Source: Octopus sinensis (taxonomy: Eukaryota). From it: a stretch of 64,000 nucleotides of DNA. Both the position numbers and the translations under genes were made by a program. Below the pieces are notes generated by a model. That model did not search any database and was not told where the DNA came from. It worked only from the letters and a program-made list of their open reading frames with translations. Position 1 is the first letter of the stretch; each line of letters starts with the position of its first letter. Location: NCBI RefSeq assembly GCF_006345805.1, contig NC_043002.1, positions 116,684,001 to 116,748,000 on the forward strand. The letters run 5' to 3'. Positions 26,712 through 40,564 of the stretch are shown here, one piece after another.

Positions 26712-27699
26712 CCTGCCTTATATATATACAGATGCACTCGGCACAAATTTAATGTAGATAAGTTCGGAAATATATACTTATAGAAAATTAAGGGAGGAAA
26801 GTTATCGAAAATTATTACACATAAGTGTAATAAGAAGAAATAAATAAGAAACTCATTATGATTAATTTTTAATTCACACTGGCATAGACGTCAATCGCAA
26901 GCAAGTATGGTTTATGCCGAGTACCATGCTTTTGTTAATTGTTATAGTTGCCAATGTGGTCATGAGCATAAATAAACACTATTTCGATCTTTTCATTTTT
27001 GATCCAGTTGGACGTCGTGATTGTAATAGCTGGGATGATAGAGGACTGCACTAGCACTCTATCCATCCAGTTATTAGATACACAACCATCAGCTGGTACC
27101 ACATTTTAGCTCTTTTAACTGTTAGCTCTAGTTTTCAATTAGATTATCTTTTAACTACCAATGGAACGTTTGGCGGACAGCTCTATCCTACAATATATCA
27201 TAGATATGTGAAATTGAGTGCACTGGTTAAATTTCCTCGAATTCGCTGATCAGAGAATACAGCATAATCAGAGTTCAACGAAACCAGTGTTGGCTTACGT
27301 AAAATTCTTGTTTGAGTAAATTCTTATGTTCTGAGCGGAATAAAAAGTCTGGCAATTTATGTCTGACAGAAGTGACAACTTTAAGCGTGTGAAGCATTGA
27401 TTTTCTCTCATACGAAGCTACAATCCCAAAGCGTCATGTTACTCTTGTCACAGCATATAACACTTCCAAAATAAAAAAAAAGTATCATGAGCTTCTTTGT
27501 ATAGATTTTGCTGATACAGACCATCATAAGTTTCTTCAAACTTGTTTAATGTATAGGCAAAGGAGTTTGTCAGACGCAGAATCAATCCCGAAACATCAAT
27601 ATCCTTTTATAAGTAGCTTGTGAACTAAGCATAATCCATAAACTTTTTTTGACCTCCAATTTGAACGAAATGTTTTGCGCAATTTGTTTCACTTATTTA

Positions 27700-27845
27700 C
27701 GTTTTGAGTTCAAATCATACTGAAGTCAAATCTACTTTCATTTCACCAGGGTCGATACAGTATTGTACCAGTCTCGTACCAGTCAATGGTATCGTGTGAC
27801 ACCCTTCGCTCGAAATTACTGGCCTTGTACCTAAATTGGAAACTC
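27700..27845 (+). mobile_element. Degenerate SINE family 1, tail A
   Basis: GAGTTCAAAT..GGGTCGATA..GTACCAG..CGAAATTACTGGCCTTGTACCTAAATTGGAAAC. Confidence 0.55.
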
Positions 27846-28644
27846 CAATATTTAAGTCTTTATTATATTAATGTCAATCATATGCCTCTGACCGAGATGT
27901 GGTTCCATATTCAAATTCTTTGTCAGAGAATTCAAGGTATCGCAATATAGTTTCCTTAATACTAAGATAAATGTTGATATGGTATGTACTTGAAATTTTC
28001 AAGTTTGCTGTTAGGTAGATAAGATATTTTTAAACATTGCTATAATAGGAATTAGTACATTTTTCAGAAGTATTAGATAACCTGAAATGATATTTTTAAA
28101 ACATAAACCTCCCTGTGTGATGTCAGATAAATTTGGATCCAATGTCCTTTGGATTTTGTCGTAAACAGATGGTAAATTATTTTATCGATACGTCTTATCA
28201 TCCACACCTAATTAGCTATCGTAGTGCATAGGATAAGGAAGCTCGCTGATTTTATCAGTGGACAGTCTCACTACAAGAATTCAAAAATGTTTACTGCATT
28301 ATCGTTATTCAAATGTCACTAGTGAATCAATACTTGCTATGTTCAAGTATCTGAGATTGCTCGAAAAGACAATGAAATATTCAGCATCGTTTTTGTGTCA
28401 TTTTGTTTCCTACACATTTGAAATCACAACAGTAAATTTGTTATGCATATATGCTATGAAGCATATCCCGTTTTTGTTTTTTGTAACAAAAGACTTATAC
28501 ACAGTTCAATAATGCAAGAATTCAATTTACGTTAGTAATACACAGCTAATGTAATATTGTAACAACTACAGCGGTCATTAGCTACACCCGTATCTCTCAG
28601 CATCATAGCAGCACAACTTTCTCTTATACTTCTATCACTAATAA

Positions 28645-28647
<3 letters not shown>

Positions 28648-28700
<53 letters not shown>
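28648..28700. repeat. (TA)n microsatellite
   Basis: Directly visible. Confidence 0.95.
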
Positions 28701-28704
<4 letters not shown>

Positions 28705-29910
28705 ATCAGTGCTGTGTCTAACAGGTCATAAAAAATTGTAAGTGGAAAAACTCCTAAATCGTTCAATTGTAAACTGATCTTTGAAGTGTTATAAGTATTC
28801 TGTGAGTATTATATAGTTTCAAATTTCCTCACAGAAATTCGGGACTTTGTAACTCACTAAACTATATACTATGTTTATTACATGTACATATCCTTTTATA
28901 AGTAGGCTTCATGGACCAGTGGTCCTTGATTCTCTTTAACGGCCGGTAATGCTTAAAACATACTTCTTGAAAGATTTGCTAATTTAACCATAGTTGATGA
29001 TAAATTCGATACAAGCTGACCGAGAAGTTTTCATTGTAAGACGTTACAGTTTATAAATATCAACGAAAAAAGAGACAGCGGGAGAAATAGAAAAAGAGAT
29101 AAATAATGGTTTTTGAATACTTGTAAATTTCATTGAATAAAGAATGTATCATAAATGATAAGTAAATAATTCCTGACACACTGGTGTAAAACGATGGAAA
29201 TGTCGTTTGAATGAAACTCCAATTCCAATAAATCTTGTTGATATAATTTGATTTCAATAACTAAAGGCGAATTTTTTTTAAGAGACAAAAATAAAGAAGC
29301 AGCTAAATAATAAATAATAGAAATGTTAAATATTTAATTAACACTTTTAATTATATGAACTTCGAATTCCTAATTTATGGTCTTCAATATGGGCACACTA
29401 TTAAGTGTTAACAACACGCAGATACTACCATAGTGACATGATTATAAAAGAAATGTCACCTTATCCCGATATTGCATTTTAAAACTGCTGTGGAGATAAA
29501 AGAGACTCTCTTGTTTACTGTTAAATGTGGTCTCGTTTCTGGAATTATTGATAACATAAAGACCGCAAGAACATCATTAATGAGGTTTAAGAAGTTCCAT
29601 CACACATCAAGCATATCAATTCTGCTTTGTTTATTACATGACCAAGCTATTATATTTTAGGAAATCAACTATGCAACCCCAACAACTTCGCCGATTATTT
29701 CATATTCGTAGTGTCCAACCCCTGATAGCAAATACACTTCTTTTTTATGGACATCAAAATTATTCCACAACTGTTTGCATTGAGACAGTAATTTCAGTTA
29801 CATTTTCTCATCACTTAGAAATCTTATTTACTTTCTTTTAATGTCAAGTGATGCTCAAGGCAACTTAATAGAAAAATCTGCTATAAATCTTAAGGGATAC
29901 TAAAGCAAAA

Positions 29911-30254
29911 TTCTTCTTCTTCTTCTTCTTCTTCTTCTTCTTCTTCTTCTTCTTCTTCTTCTTCTTCTTCTTCTTCTTCTTCTTCTTCTTCTTCTTCTTC
30001 TTCTTCTTCTTCTTTTCTTCTTCTTCTTCTTCTTTTCTTCTTCTTCTTTTCTTCTTCTTCTTCTTCTTCTTCTTCTTCTTCTTTTCTTCTTCTTCTTCTT
30101 CTTCTTCTTCTTCTTCTTTTCTTCTTCTATTATTATTATTATTATTATTATTATTGTTGAAGTTTTTTTAAAAATTATTATTATTATTATTATTGCTATT
30201 GTTGTTGTTTTTATTATTATTATTATTAATATTATTATCATCATCATCATCATC

Positions 30255-30305
<51 letters not shown>
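29911..30305. repeat. Compound (TTC)n-(TTA)n-(TCA)n-(TTA)n microsatellite
   Basis: Directly visible; explains ORF 29900..30364. Confidence 0.95.
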
Positions 30306-30525
30306 ATATTTGGTGCGGAACACATCGTACGTGTTTCCGAACGCTCCAAGTAAGTTCGTTTCAAAAATATTTATTTACTCCAGTCTTGGTGTCTTTTGTT
30401 ATACTTATTTCGTTCCAAGTTGTGATTAGAAGCACATGGAACTTATTATTGGTCTTATATGGTTGTGTAGCCCCCAGGGGGCGATTTTCGGCCCACCATA
30501 TAAATTCGGTGGGGGATAAAGTTTA

Positions 30526-32441
30526 ATGGAATCAATACAACTCAACAAGATGGCGGAACGCGTCTTGAAAGAGTTGAGGGAAAACAAAACAAACCCTCCT
30601 ACCACTATGGTAATAGATGAAGACTTCCCTCCCCTTCCCTCTATCACGGCCAACAATACAGAGGAAGGAGGGGTGGAGGAGAAGACCAAGACTGACATGG
30701 TACAAAGTACAACGAAAAGTAACAATAGAAGCAGAAACACTAACAGCGGTAGAAATGGCGACAGCAGCAGCCGCACCAGCAACAACCACGATAAAGGAAG
30801 CAACAACAGTGACAGTAGCGATAGCAACATATATAAGAACGACAACAACAACGGCAGCAGTGGCAAGTGATAACATCAAAAACAACAACGAAAACAAACT
30901 AAATAAAAATATCAAAAATAGTTTTGCAGCAGTCAAGACCAAACACCGATATACCGTAGATCTCACAAATAGGAAGCAGAGGCTCCCAGAGGCATGGAAA
31001 CTAATTCAACAAGAGAACAATTGGGCAAATCTCACGATCACATTAGAGGCAATTGAAGCAGTGGAGACAAGAACGGTACTTTTCAGATGCATCTCAGCAG
31101 ACACAAAAAGCGCGGTTCTAATAGCCCAAGTAGATACAGAGGCAGCGCTGAGGTGCATAAGAAATGACATCGAACACATAGCGAGGGGCAAACAATACGG
31201 CACCATTTCGGTGCCGTTTAAATCAGAAGCCCTCGCTGTGAAACATTCAATGACCCCCTGCAAAACTAGCAAAGTCATCATTTACCCCTCTCACATTGGG
31301 AAACGTACAGCCCGTGTCGGCATTCCTAAAGTCTCCCCAGGACTAGATGTTTGGTGCCCTTGGGACGCGTAATCGTGGAGGGGACGGATGCTGTCCCTAT
31401 AGAAGCGACAAGAACTGCCAGGAAGGACTGGTCAGGGATAATTCTCCAGGGATACTTCTCCAGGGATACTTTTCCAGATCAGACCCGAAAACATAAAAAA
31501 TTCCCAGACTACAATCGTCTCCACAACGGAACGGTGATACATATCATGACTGAAGGCAAAAGGCCGCATTGTTTCAGGAGTAGAGAAATCACTCATTTGG
31601 CTGCTCAATGCCGCCTACGGCCTCCACTGCTGCCTGCGCCGCAACGAGAACTAAAACATCACCAGCATCGGCAAAACCATCAGCAACAACACCAAAACGT
31701 TAGCCATCCTAGGAGGAAACAAAGAAAGCTCTCCCACTCCCCTCACACCAAACAAAAATACACACATAAACAAGATTATAAACATACAGATACAAACACA
31801 CTTACAGCAAAAAACCCTTCACCGAAAGGGCCAAAAGAACAAACAAAAAGAAAGCACAAAATAAAAACTCCACAAAGTATAACAACACCCACAATAATAA
31901 ATACAAACACCACCCACGCAAAAATCTTCCCCCCAAAACACCAACACAAACACAACCAACATAATTAATCACCAGAATCCCCCAAACGCAAACAACATAA
32001 ACAGGAACAGAAACTCAAACAAACATCTAAAACTGCGGATACCACACTCACAGCACACACAGAAACAACGGAAACAACAACACCATCACCACTACATTCA
32101 AACAAACAAATTAAACCACACCCAACTTCGTACTCAGCAGAAGGGACCACGTGGAACTGATGGCACTCGTAACACAAAAGACGGAATTTGAAACAGGGGA
32201 GGGTGATTTTCGAATCGAACACATTTCGTGTACCATAAGATTTACTTATGTTGCGAATGTCGCTCGATTCTTACACAAAAATTCGAGAGAGCTTTCCGGA
32301 GACGTGGGAACCCCGACCGTGAGACCCACATCGAGGCTCTTAAAGGGGTTCCCTAAAAAGACCCCAACAACTATAGAGGTCGAACCACCCGACCTTCACG
32401 AGACACCGGGAGGTAAGCAAACCTTTCCCTTCTCTCTTTAG
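30526..32441 (+). pseudogene. Tx1/L1-like LINE ORF1 (frameshifted; S/N-rich N-terminus, RRM-like middle, Q/T/K-rich tail)
   Basis: Starts near AAGATGGCGG; chain of overlapping ORFs 30526-30870, 30617-31372, 31351-31968 and 32151-32441 directly upstream of ORF2. Confidence 0.65.
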
Positions 32442-32450
32442 CTTGCCAAC

Positions 32451-35400
32451 ATGGCCATACTAAGAGTAGGATTTCTAAATGTGCGATACCTTGGACCACC
32501 TTGAAGCAGGGACGCCTGCTCAACGACCTCAGGTCTGTAGAACTGGTCACAATTGCTGTCAGTGAAACTAGGATTTCCAGTACATGCGTACTGGCCCCCC
32601 TGTTCGACGACTATCAGGTCTTTGCATTTGTTAGTCGGTTGGGAATGGGAGGTGGAGTGGCAGTGCTGTTTAGGAAAGGACTGGATCTCGAAGGAAACTC
32701 GATCTTCTGGGACCCGGACGGGAAGTTGGTAGTCCTGGATGTGAGCCTCAGTGAAGGTAGTGTGTTTAGACTGGTGGCCGTCTATGCTCCTGCAGGTACC
32801 AAACGGCTAGATTTCTTCAGTCATCTGGAAACCTTTCTAGATACGTCTCCCCATTACTATTAGTAGGGGACTGGATCGGAATCTTAGACCAATGTTGGGA
32901 TTGTGTGGGAGTAGCTGATAGAAGAGTGGGGTGCAAACGCCTCAAGCGCATGATCAGACATTTCCAACTGTCTGACAGGTACCGACGAGATTTCCCTAAT
33001 ATGCGAGTATGGAATTGGACCAACCTCTTAGGGTCATCTAGATCGTATATAGATAGGATTTTCACTAGAAAAATAGAAACTCAGTGTAGGGTGTCCACTT
33101 TTTAAAACGGTCTTCTATTCAGACCATAAGTTTGTAATCTGTACGGTCGATCTAGATAAGATTCGTAGGCTAGAACTTGGTTACTGGAAGCTGAACATGT
33201 CGTTTCCGGCACGTAAAGCTTACAGGGACCAGGCCAGCAATTTAGTTAAGCAGAGGTTGACAGGAGGTGCCATCAACAACAGGTGGTGGGCGTCGCTCAG
33301 AAGAGAGATTAGAGTAATATCGATAGGGTTCAGCAAAGAAATAGCGTTAGAGAAAATAAAAAGAGGAAGGGTTAGTAGCTAAACTGGACGAGGCTACTTG
33401 TAGTGGCATTGCAGCCGACGTGCTGGCAGTGAGAATGGCTTTAGACCAGTTCTTCAACGCGAAACATGAAAGTTGCATTGTCAGAGCTAAGGCGCGTGTC
33501 AGAGCTAAGATGTTTGATGGGCCCGCGTGGTGGAGACGCAGCGTGGTAACAAAACCACAATCTGGTTTTTGACGGACCGAGACGGACACGAGCTGAGCGA
33601 ATCCAGGCAGATGTGTGAGGCCTTTTGCGGAGATGGTGGCGGATTTCAGTTCCTACCTCAACGACTTGCCGCGTCTCTCGACAGCCGACGCTGAGCCCTG
33701 TGAAAGGTAAATAACTTCAGCCGAAATTCAAGATGTCCTTGTCAGTTGCAGGAGGCACAAATCACCAGATTTAAATGGTCTGCCCTATGAACTTTATATA
33801 AATATGCCAGACTTGTTCTCTAATCTCCTCGAAGCGCTCTACAGCAACTGGCAGCAGAACGGGAGTATTCCCAGTTCTGTGAGCCATGGCGTAGTGACGC
33901 TGATAAAGAAAGCCGAAAACAAGAGGGGCGCATAAATTCAGGTCTATAATTCTGCTTAACACAGAGTTTAAGATTTTGGCCAAGGTATTGGCAAAGTGAT
34001 TGGCGCTTGTCATCGAGGATTTGGTCGGGGAGGCGCAAACCTGCCCAATCTCGACTAGCTCCATACACGACAACCTCCATCTTGTGCGATACATCATAGA
34101 AAGGGTAGGCTGTAAACCTGGCTCCGGTGGGGCGCTGATGAATTTAGATCAATCGAAAGCATTCGTTAGGGTCGACCAGCGACATCTGGAGGCTGTCCTC
34201 AAGGCGACTGGCTTCGGCCCCATCTTCAGATGTTGGATCGTTGCAAAGCACAGCGTCATCTGCTCGGTGGTCAAAATTAAAGGCCAACTTTCGAAACCGC
34301 TTCAGATCTCCCGATCGGTTCGTCAATGGTGCTCTCTCTCCTTCCTTCTGTACGTATTGACTCTTGAGCCTTTACTGCGGAAACTAGCTACTTCAGGGCA
34401 TCCTGCTCGAAACGGGACGCAAGAGGGCTATGTTGGTGTATGCGGACGATATCCCCATGATGGTATCGGACACCTCAGAAATCGAGGTGGTCGGCATATC
34501 ATTGGAGGAATATGAAAAGTTGAAAAGCTGACGGGAGCAAAACTTAACTCGGAAAAGTCGGCGGGCTTGCAACTCGGACCCTGGAGAGGCAAGACCATGC
34601 CGTCCAACAGCGTCGTTGGGTGCTGAACGGACGGACCGGTAAATTTGCTTGGTGTTTGGTTCCGACCAGACCTCCAGGTGGGTAAGAACTGGGACGAAGT
34701 GACGAGCAGGTTAGCCAGTCTCACCTAGAAATGGCTGGGAGGAGCCTATCACTGAAAGGTCGAGTGGAGGTGGCGAATGCGTACATCGCGTCAGTCATCT
34801 ACTACCGCTTGACCGTCGTTCCTTGCCCCCTATCGTGCAGACATGCGCTGAGGCTGCGGCATCTCCAGATATTCTGCCTGAACGGTGAGCAGCTGTGGTT
34901 GCCGTGTGCCAAACAGGCTTTTCCACATCTTGACTGAGCTACAATCCTGGGTCAAGAAGAGACTGAGGAAGGGTGACTGGCATCTGGAATGTTGCCAGGC
35001 ACTCACTGCCCTCCACCAGGCGGGCAATGCGATCAGTAGAACATCCATTCACGAGTTCCATAGAGGGTTAGTGGAGGGAAAGTGCGATGACGCACTTAGA
35101 GAGACCTTAGGCGTTGACGAAATCGGACTAACCAGTCTGTTCAGGAAAGCTTTCGAGCCGGGGACGACGTATAACTTCCAGAAATCCCTTGCTTGGCAAT
35201 GCTACCGAGAGCGGGCACTGCCGGTTGGATATAAACTCTAAAGGCACGGAAGCGCTGTCAGACGGACCTGCCCGAGATGCGCGCAGAGCGACGAAACCGT
35301 TCTGCTCGCACTCGTCCAGTGTCCTTGCATTACCGACTTGTGGAGTTATGTTGAACAGCTGTTATCATGTGTAGGACGGATACGGCTGCCGAGTCCATAG

Positions 35401-35700
35401 TGAAGATCGATCCGCCGCTTTCTATCGGTCCGGAAGGGCAGGCAATTTTCCTCTGTCTGATAGCAGTAGCGAAATAGGTTGTATGGTGGACCAGGTTGAA
35501 AGGATTGAAGACAGAATTTTTTCTCTTCGGTCAATCACTCATCAACTTTTCAAATTTCCTTTGGAAAGGAAGAGAAGTGCTGTCTGTCAGTACATTTGCT
35601 AAAAGGTGGGTGAATGTAACGAAAATGGCACGTGTGAGTGGACCTACACTAATTATGCGCCTGCAGGCTTGTGATTTTGAGGGGAAGAAGGGTACTCCTC
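32451..35700 (+). pseudogene. Tx1/L1-like LINE ORF2 (APE + RT + C-terminal Cys motif), disrupted
   Basis: MAILRVGFLNVR, IAVSETR, FRLVAVYAP, SYIDRIF, SDHK, YWKLN, KSPDLNGLPYELY, LAKVLAK, LMNLDQSKAFVRVD, SVRQWCSLSFLLYVLTLEPLLRKL, YADD at ~34439, CPRCAQSDET; 3' UTR to ~35925. Confidence 0.9.
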
Positions 35701-35944
35701 CGAGATGACCTCGAAGCGTCGAGTGGTTCAGGATTTTTAGGGTACCGAAGTCAACTCCGAGTGGTTACCTCCCCCAATTAGGGAACTTCCATTGTTATAT
35801 TCTTTTGTTGGATATCATTGTTATTCTTTTAACTGTGTACTAGTTGTTTCTGTGTAAAATCCCCACAGTCCATGTCTACTGTATCGTCCCTTATATGTCT
35901 ACCCTAGTGGCTAATAAATGAAATATTAATAATTATTATTATTC

Positions 35945-36045
35945 AGGCGGTGAGCTGGCAGAATCGTTACCGCGCAAAATGCTTAGTTCAAATACTGCCG
36001 ATGTCGACTTTACCTTTTATCCTTTCGGGGACGATAAAATAAATT
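35945..36045 (+). mobile_element. SINE family 1, partial
   Basis: GGCGGTGAGCTGGCAGAATCGTTA..GTTCAAATACTGCC..GTCGACTTTACCTTTTATCCTTTCGGGG. Confidence 0.7.
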
Positions 36046-36720
36046 ACTGAGTGAATATACTGTGCCGCTCTATCATGCCTGTTGAAATACCCTGTAGGCG
36101 CAAGAAGGCTGCACATGGAAACAACATGATCGATGGTTTCAGCCTGTTGTTTACATACACGACATGTATGTTCTTTAAGATGTTGGCCTGGTAGCTTCTT
36201 GTAGGTAGGCATTGATTCTGTGCTGCTATGATAGACCTTTCTGTTTCTAATTTTAAACCAGAAGACGATAACCATTGATAAGTAAGGGCTTTGTCAACAT
36301 TAGCATGGGTATTTACTCTTTGGGTATTCGCCCTTGAGAGGTTTTTCTTGTTACTTATCAGTAAGAATATCTGAGGCAGCAGTTTTAGCAAGGGTATTCA
36401 TACGCTTAGTTTTTCCAATACGTCTAATATTGGGACTTGCTGTATTGATATGTCCTTGCTTGTTTTGTTAATGAATATGAAGTTTTCTTGTTTTCATGCT
36501 TTAAGACAAGTTTTAGCATCCAGTATTCAGAATTTTTCAGGTAAGTGTTTAGGCCAATTATGGCATTGCTCATTGTCAATTCAAGTTGTAAATCTCCACG
36601 ACCACACTCTTTTCTTGGCAAGTAAAATCGCTCTACATTTGCCTAAGAGCCATGCATTTTATTCCCTGTTTACAATTTTCGGATATTTCTATCAAGCTTG
36701 CAGATTTCAGTAATTGACCA
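36045..36720 (-). mobile_element. R4/Dong-like LINE fragment (post-RT region to CCHC knuckle)
   Basis: MPRKECGRG, TYQWLSSSGLKLETERSIIAAQNQCLPTR, CRVCKQQAETIDHVVSMC..RHDRAAQYIH. Confidence 0.8.
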
Positions 36721-36734
36721 GCTAATAATATTCA

Positions 36735-36932
36735 AACTAAGTCTCCATTCATTGCGATTTGTGCTCACACCACATCTTGGTCTCTCTAGCCCCCACTTTT
36801 CGCATAGTTCCCAATGTAGCACTTTCGCTACCTGATCATGTCGTCACAACTTGTAGTGGTCTTGGGCAAGTCTAGGGCATTCGTTTGTGATATGGACAAC
36901 GGTTTCACCCACTCTATTACAAATGCGACACA
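36735..36932 (-). mobile_element. Separate R4/Dong-like CCHC fragment
   Basis: CRICNRVGETVVHITNECPRLAQDHYKL*RHDQVAKVLHWELCEKWG. Confidence 0.75.
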
Positions 36933-37004
36933 GTATTATTATTATTATTATCATTATTATTATTATTATTAATATTTGTAGTATTAGCAGTAGCAGCAGC
37001 ATTA

Positions 37005-37078
<74 letters not shown>

Positions 37079-37112
37079 TGGTGGTGGTGGTGGTGGTGGT
37101 GGTGGTGGTGTT
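36933..37112. repeat. Compound (TTA)n-(TAG)n-(TGG)n microsatellite
   Basis: Directly visible. Confidence 0.95.
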
Positions 37113-37119
37113 AGTAGTA

Positions 37120-37230
37120 TGGCGGTGAGCTGGCAGAAACGTTAGCGTGTCGAACAGCATTTTTTCCAGCTCTTTACGTTCTAATCTCAAATTCCTTCGA
37201 AGGCGACTTTGCTGGCCTAGTGCGAAAATT
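37120..37230 (+). mobile_element. SINE family 1, partial
   Basis: GGCGGTGAGCTGGCAGAAACGTTAGCG..CTCAAATTCC..GGCGACTTTGC. Confidence 0.65.
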
Positions 37231-37309
37231 TGAAACATTATTATGCTACTGCATGCTAATTTATTTAGCATGCATTTTATCTTGAATTTTTGTGACATCA
37301 GATCTCAAA

Positions 37310-39900
37310 TCTTAAGGACTTTCCTTAGGATTCCTGCAGAATATAGGATGGTACTTTTCTGCAGGTCGACAATGGGAGTTTCAATTCCGATCTATTTCAG
37401 TCTTTTAGATAGCAGTTTGGGTGTTGTGACAAGTGCACCAATTACTACGGGAATAATCGTTGTCTTGGTCTTCCAGTTTCCTCAGTTCTCTGGCTAGATC
37501 CTGGTATTTCTCGACGTTTTCAATTCCTTTGTCATCGACTCTACCATGATAGGGAATTGCAAAGTCAATGATCATTTATTTTTTGTTTATTTTGTCTTCT
37601 ATGATCATATTTGGTCTTCTTGCATCAATAGTATGGTGAGTCTTTATGAGAAAATCCTACAACATCCTGTAGTTTTAAGTGACTTTTTCTCTCATTACCC
37701 ACCTCCATTATCTTATCTTAAAGAGTTCCTAGATAGTTGTACCCCTCATTATACCAGAGCGATCTAATCTAATGATAATCCTTGTGATAATTTTATGTCA
37801 TCAGTGTTTACCTTCCGGCCTCTTCATAAATAATACTGCACATTTATTTATCTCCAAACTGCATTCCAAGATCTTTACAAAATACTCTTACTGTTTGGAC
37901 TATAGAGTTTAGGTCTGCCTCACTTTTCGTACACAGCTTGAGGTCATCCATATTAAGTGGGCGATTTATTTCATTTCAGGCCTGGACTTTCTTAGTATAC
38001 TTCTCAGTTGGATTAGCGCAGTAACGAAGGGTTAGAAAATGCATATTTTCTTCTTACTGGCGATTCATTTACACATATCAGTTCTACTCCCCAAACTCTC
38101 ATTGCATTCTGCAAAAACTTGCTTACCTTCTCATTGACTCCTAGCGTCCTTAGATATCCAAAGCGCCAAGTGTAGGGTACATTGTCGTAGCCTTCCAGTA
38201 ATCTATCCATGCAGCAGTCAAATTCTTCTTACTTGTTCGTGCCTCATTTAACGCTCTGCTATCTGCCTATATAGCAATTAAGCAGTTCCCTTCATTTCTT
38301 CCTACATCATTTTATTATTCTGCTGGCAATAGATTCTCCTTTTCCAGAAAATTATATACGTCTTCTGCTATGAGTCCAGTTAATAATTACTAAAGTAATT
38401 ATAAGCAAATTGGCGATTCTATAATTGGCGATTCCCCACTCTTTTCTTCGTCTGTTTATAGTAGCACTGTCTTTTCTTTTGTCATCCATGTTGGTGCTCC
38501 ATTCTACATGCAGTCAGTAAAAAATGGTCGCATATAATTGTGTATACTTGGGAGATTCTTGAGCCAGACACCCTGGACACCTTCTGGTTTGGGGAGCCTT
38601 CCAGTTTGATATTTTCTTAATCATCTCTTTTACTTTCTTATCCGTGATAGTTATATTTTGTCTCACTCCAGTTTCCATTTCTCTTTTACATTCCGGTAAC
38701 CAGATTGCTTTTATATTATGTTGGACCTCTTTGCTCCAGATCTTTGCCCAGAATTTCCTTGCTACCTCGGCATATGACATATCATTTCCTTGGTGTTTTC
38801 TCTTCATTCTTCACTTGTTTATACAATTTTCTTTCCTTTGCAGTTGTCTCAGTTTGGGTTCTGGTTCCTGTGTCTTTTTCTTGCACTTTTCTTTTCTATG
38901 ACCGCATGTAACCACTGAAGCTCTCACTTGAGCTGATCGATCTATTTCGTTGTGAAGCCATCGTTTCTACCATGGGGCTTTTCTTTTTGTTGTTCTTTTA
39001 CTTTTAATCCATAAGGCTTTGCACAGCGATAGAGGCTGTGCAGTAAATAAAGTCGTTTAGATCTTTTATGTTTCTGATGTAAATTTTCTTTAATAGTTCG
39101 TCCATCAATTTCTTTACTTTATATTATCTTCCTCTTTCAACTCCTCTCTGAGCTGATAGCATCTTTCTTTCGCTATTTCGCACCTTGTTCAGGTGTAGTA
39201 GTAAGTTTCTTTCTTCTCCTGTAACAGAGTTTCCATCTGCAAATTAGAATTCACCATCACACAAACAGCTCTTTCTTTTGTAGATGGTTACTGGTCCCTC
39301 TGCTAATCTTTGTTCTTGTCCTGTTTTTTTTTTTTATTCTTCGAGTCCAGCGTAGTTACTTTCACACTATTGTGGAGGGAGATCTCCCCCAGTTTCAGCT
39401 GGGATAGTCACAGTCTTCTCAAGTTTAAATATTTGGGTTTAGACACCTTTGCGCCGTGATAGGCAACATATCCAAATTTTATGCATTCTTTTCCGGTATC
39501 AGATTTTAATAGGCTTGATTCTGTAATAAAATCCCGTTACTGTTCTATTGACGTTTTAAGTCCACTTTCTCCTAAACATTGTAGCAGTATCTGGATAACG
39601 ACCAGGTCCTCTCATCTGCGCAGTGAAGAACTTGTTGTGCGAGTGACATTCATTCGGGATTCGGGTCTCGTGAACGCTTTTGTCATGATTTTTCTTTGGC
39701 ATTACACTCATAAAGAGGGCTGTGTTGGTCCGGTGTCACGGACACCAGTGTTTTATCTATACACCTTCTCTAGGGAGTTGCCAGCCAAGGCTAAAGGGAC
39801 CTTTTCCCCGCTGTGTAGACTTATCCTCGTGAAGACGTTCTCTGTCATTTTTACTCTCAGGATAGCCGTTATTATTATCATTATTGTTGCTGTCCTGAGC
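37310..39900 (-). mobile_element. R4/Dong-like LINE, internally deleted, spanning the 5' region to the REL endonuclease
   Basis: RMHKIW N-terminal motif; ARKFWAKIWS, NWKAP; YDNVPYTW..LGVN; DDIKL; REL IIDFAIP..VEKYQDLARELRKL. Confidence 0.8.
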
Positions 39901-40227
39901 GGCACTGGCTCAAACGGCAGTGCTAATACAGAAGTGCCATTTGGATGGCCGTTGATTCCTCAGAGTTCATCCGCCCTTAGACGGGTCTTATTTTTCTCAT
40001 CCAGAGTGACCAAGTAGCAAGAAAAATACCTTCCTCACAAAGCCAGCTACGTTGGATTGCCACTTTAGTCACCGACGCCCCTACATTTGCGATTCAATTT
40101 CACGATATCAGTTATGGTGGTGGTGGTGAAGGAGCGAGTGTCAAGTACCTATTTAAATAAAATACGCGGAGACATGAAAATTGCTTTCCTTGTTTCCACA
40201 AGATAAAGAAAAGAAGGAAGGAGGGGG

Positions 40228-40269
<42 letters not shown>

Positions 40270-40564
40270 GGGAGAGAGAGATGGTACGAGAGCATTTGTG
40301 CTTCACTGTGCGAAAGTATGCAATGAAGTAGTGAGGGGATGGGTAGGGTGTGCGCATATAGCCTGCGAGTTAAAGTGATGAATTGGGTTGTTGAAAATTT
40401 AAATGCAGCGTACATATGCGCTCGCGCACATATAGATTCATAAATACACGCACGCACACATATACACACACTTACGTATACATATACGTCGGCGAGGAAG
40501 AGGAAGAGCGAGAGAGAGATGCAAAGAGAAAAAGAGAAAAAGATATGAGATAGGGCATCTGACA

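Noticed and set aside
27008-27095. Exon-like LDVVIVIAGMIEDC, faintly like Cav3 S3 (LDFFIVIAGMLEY)
   Set aside because: Short hydrophobic match only; downstream residues diverge, the donor is weak and no S4 or other channel exon was found.
39780-39845. TCCTCGTG as an HDV ribozyme L3 near the R4 5' end
   Set aside because: Wrong strand for the element, and no P1, P1.1 or J4/2 could be assigned.
39481-40017. 178-aa plus-strand ORF
   Set aside because: Antisense to the 5' region of an R4/Dong element; no recognisable domain.
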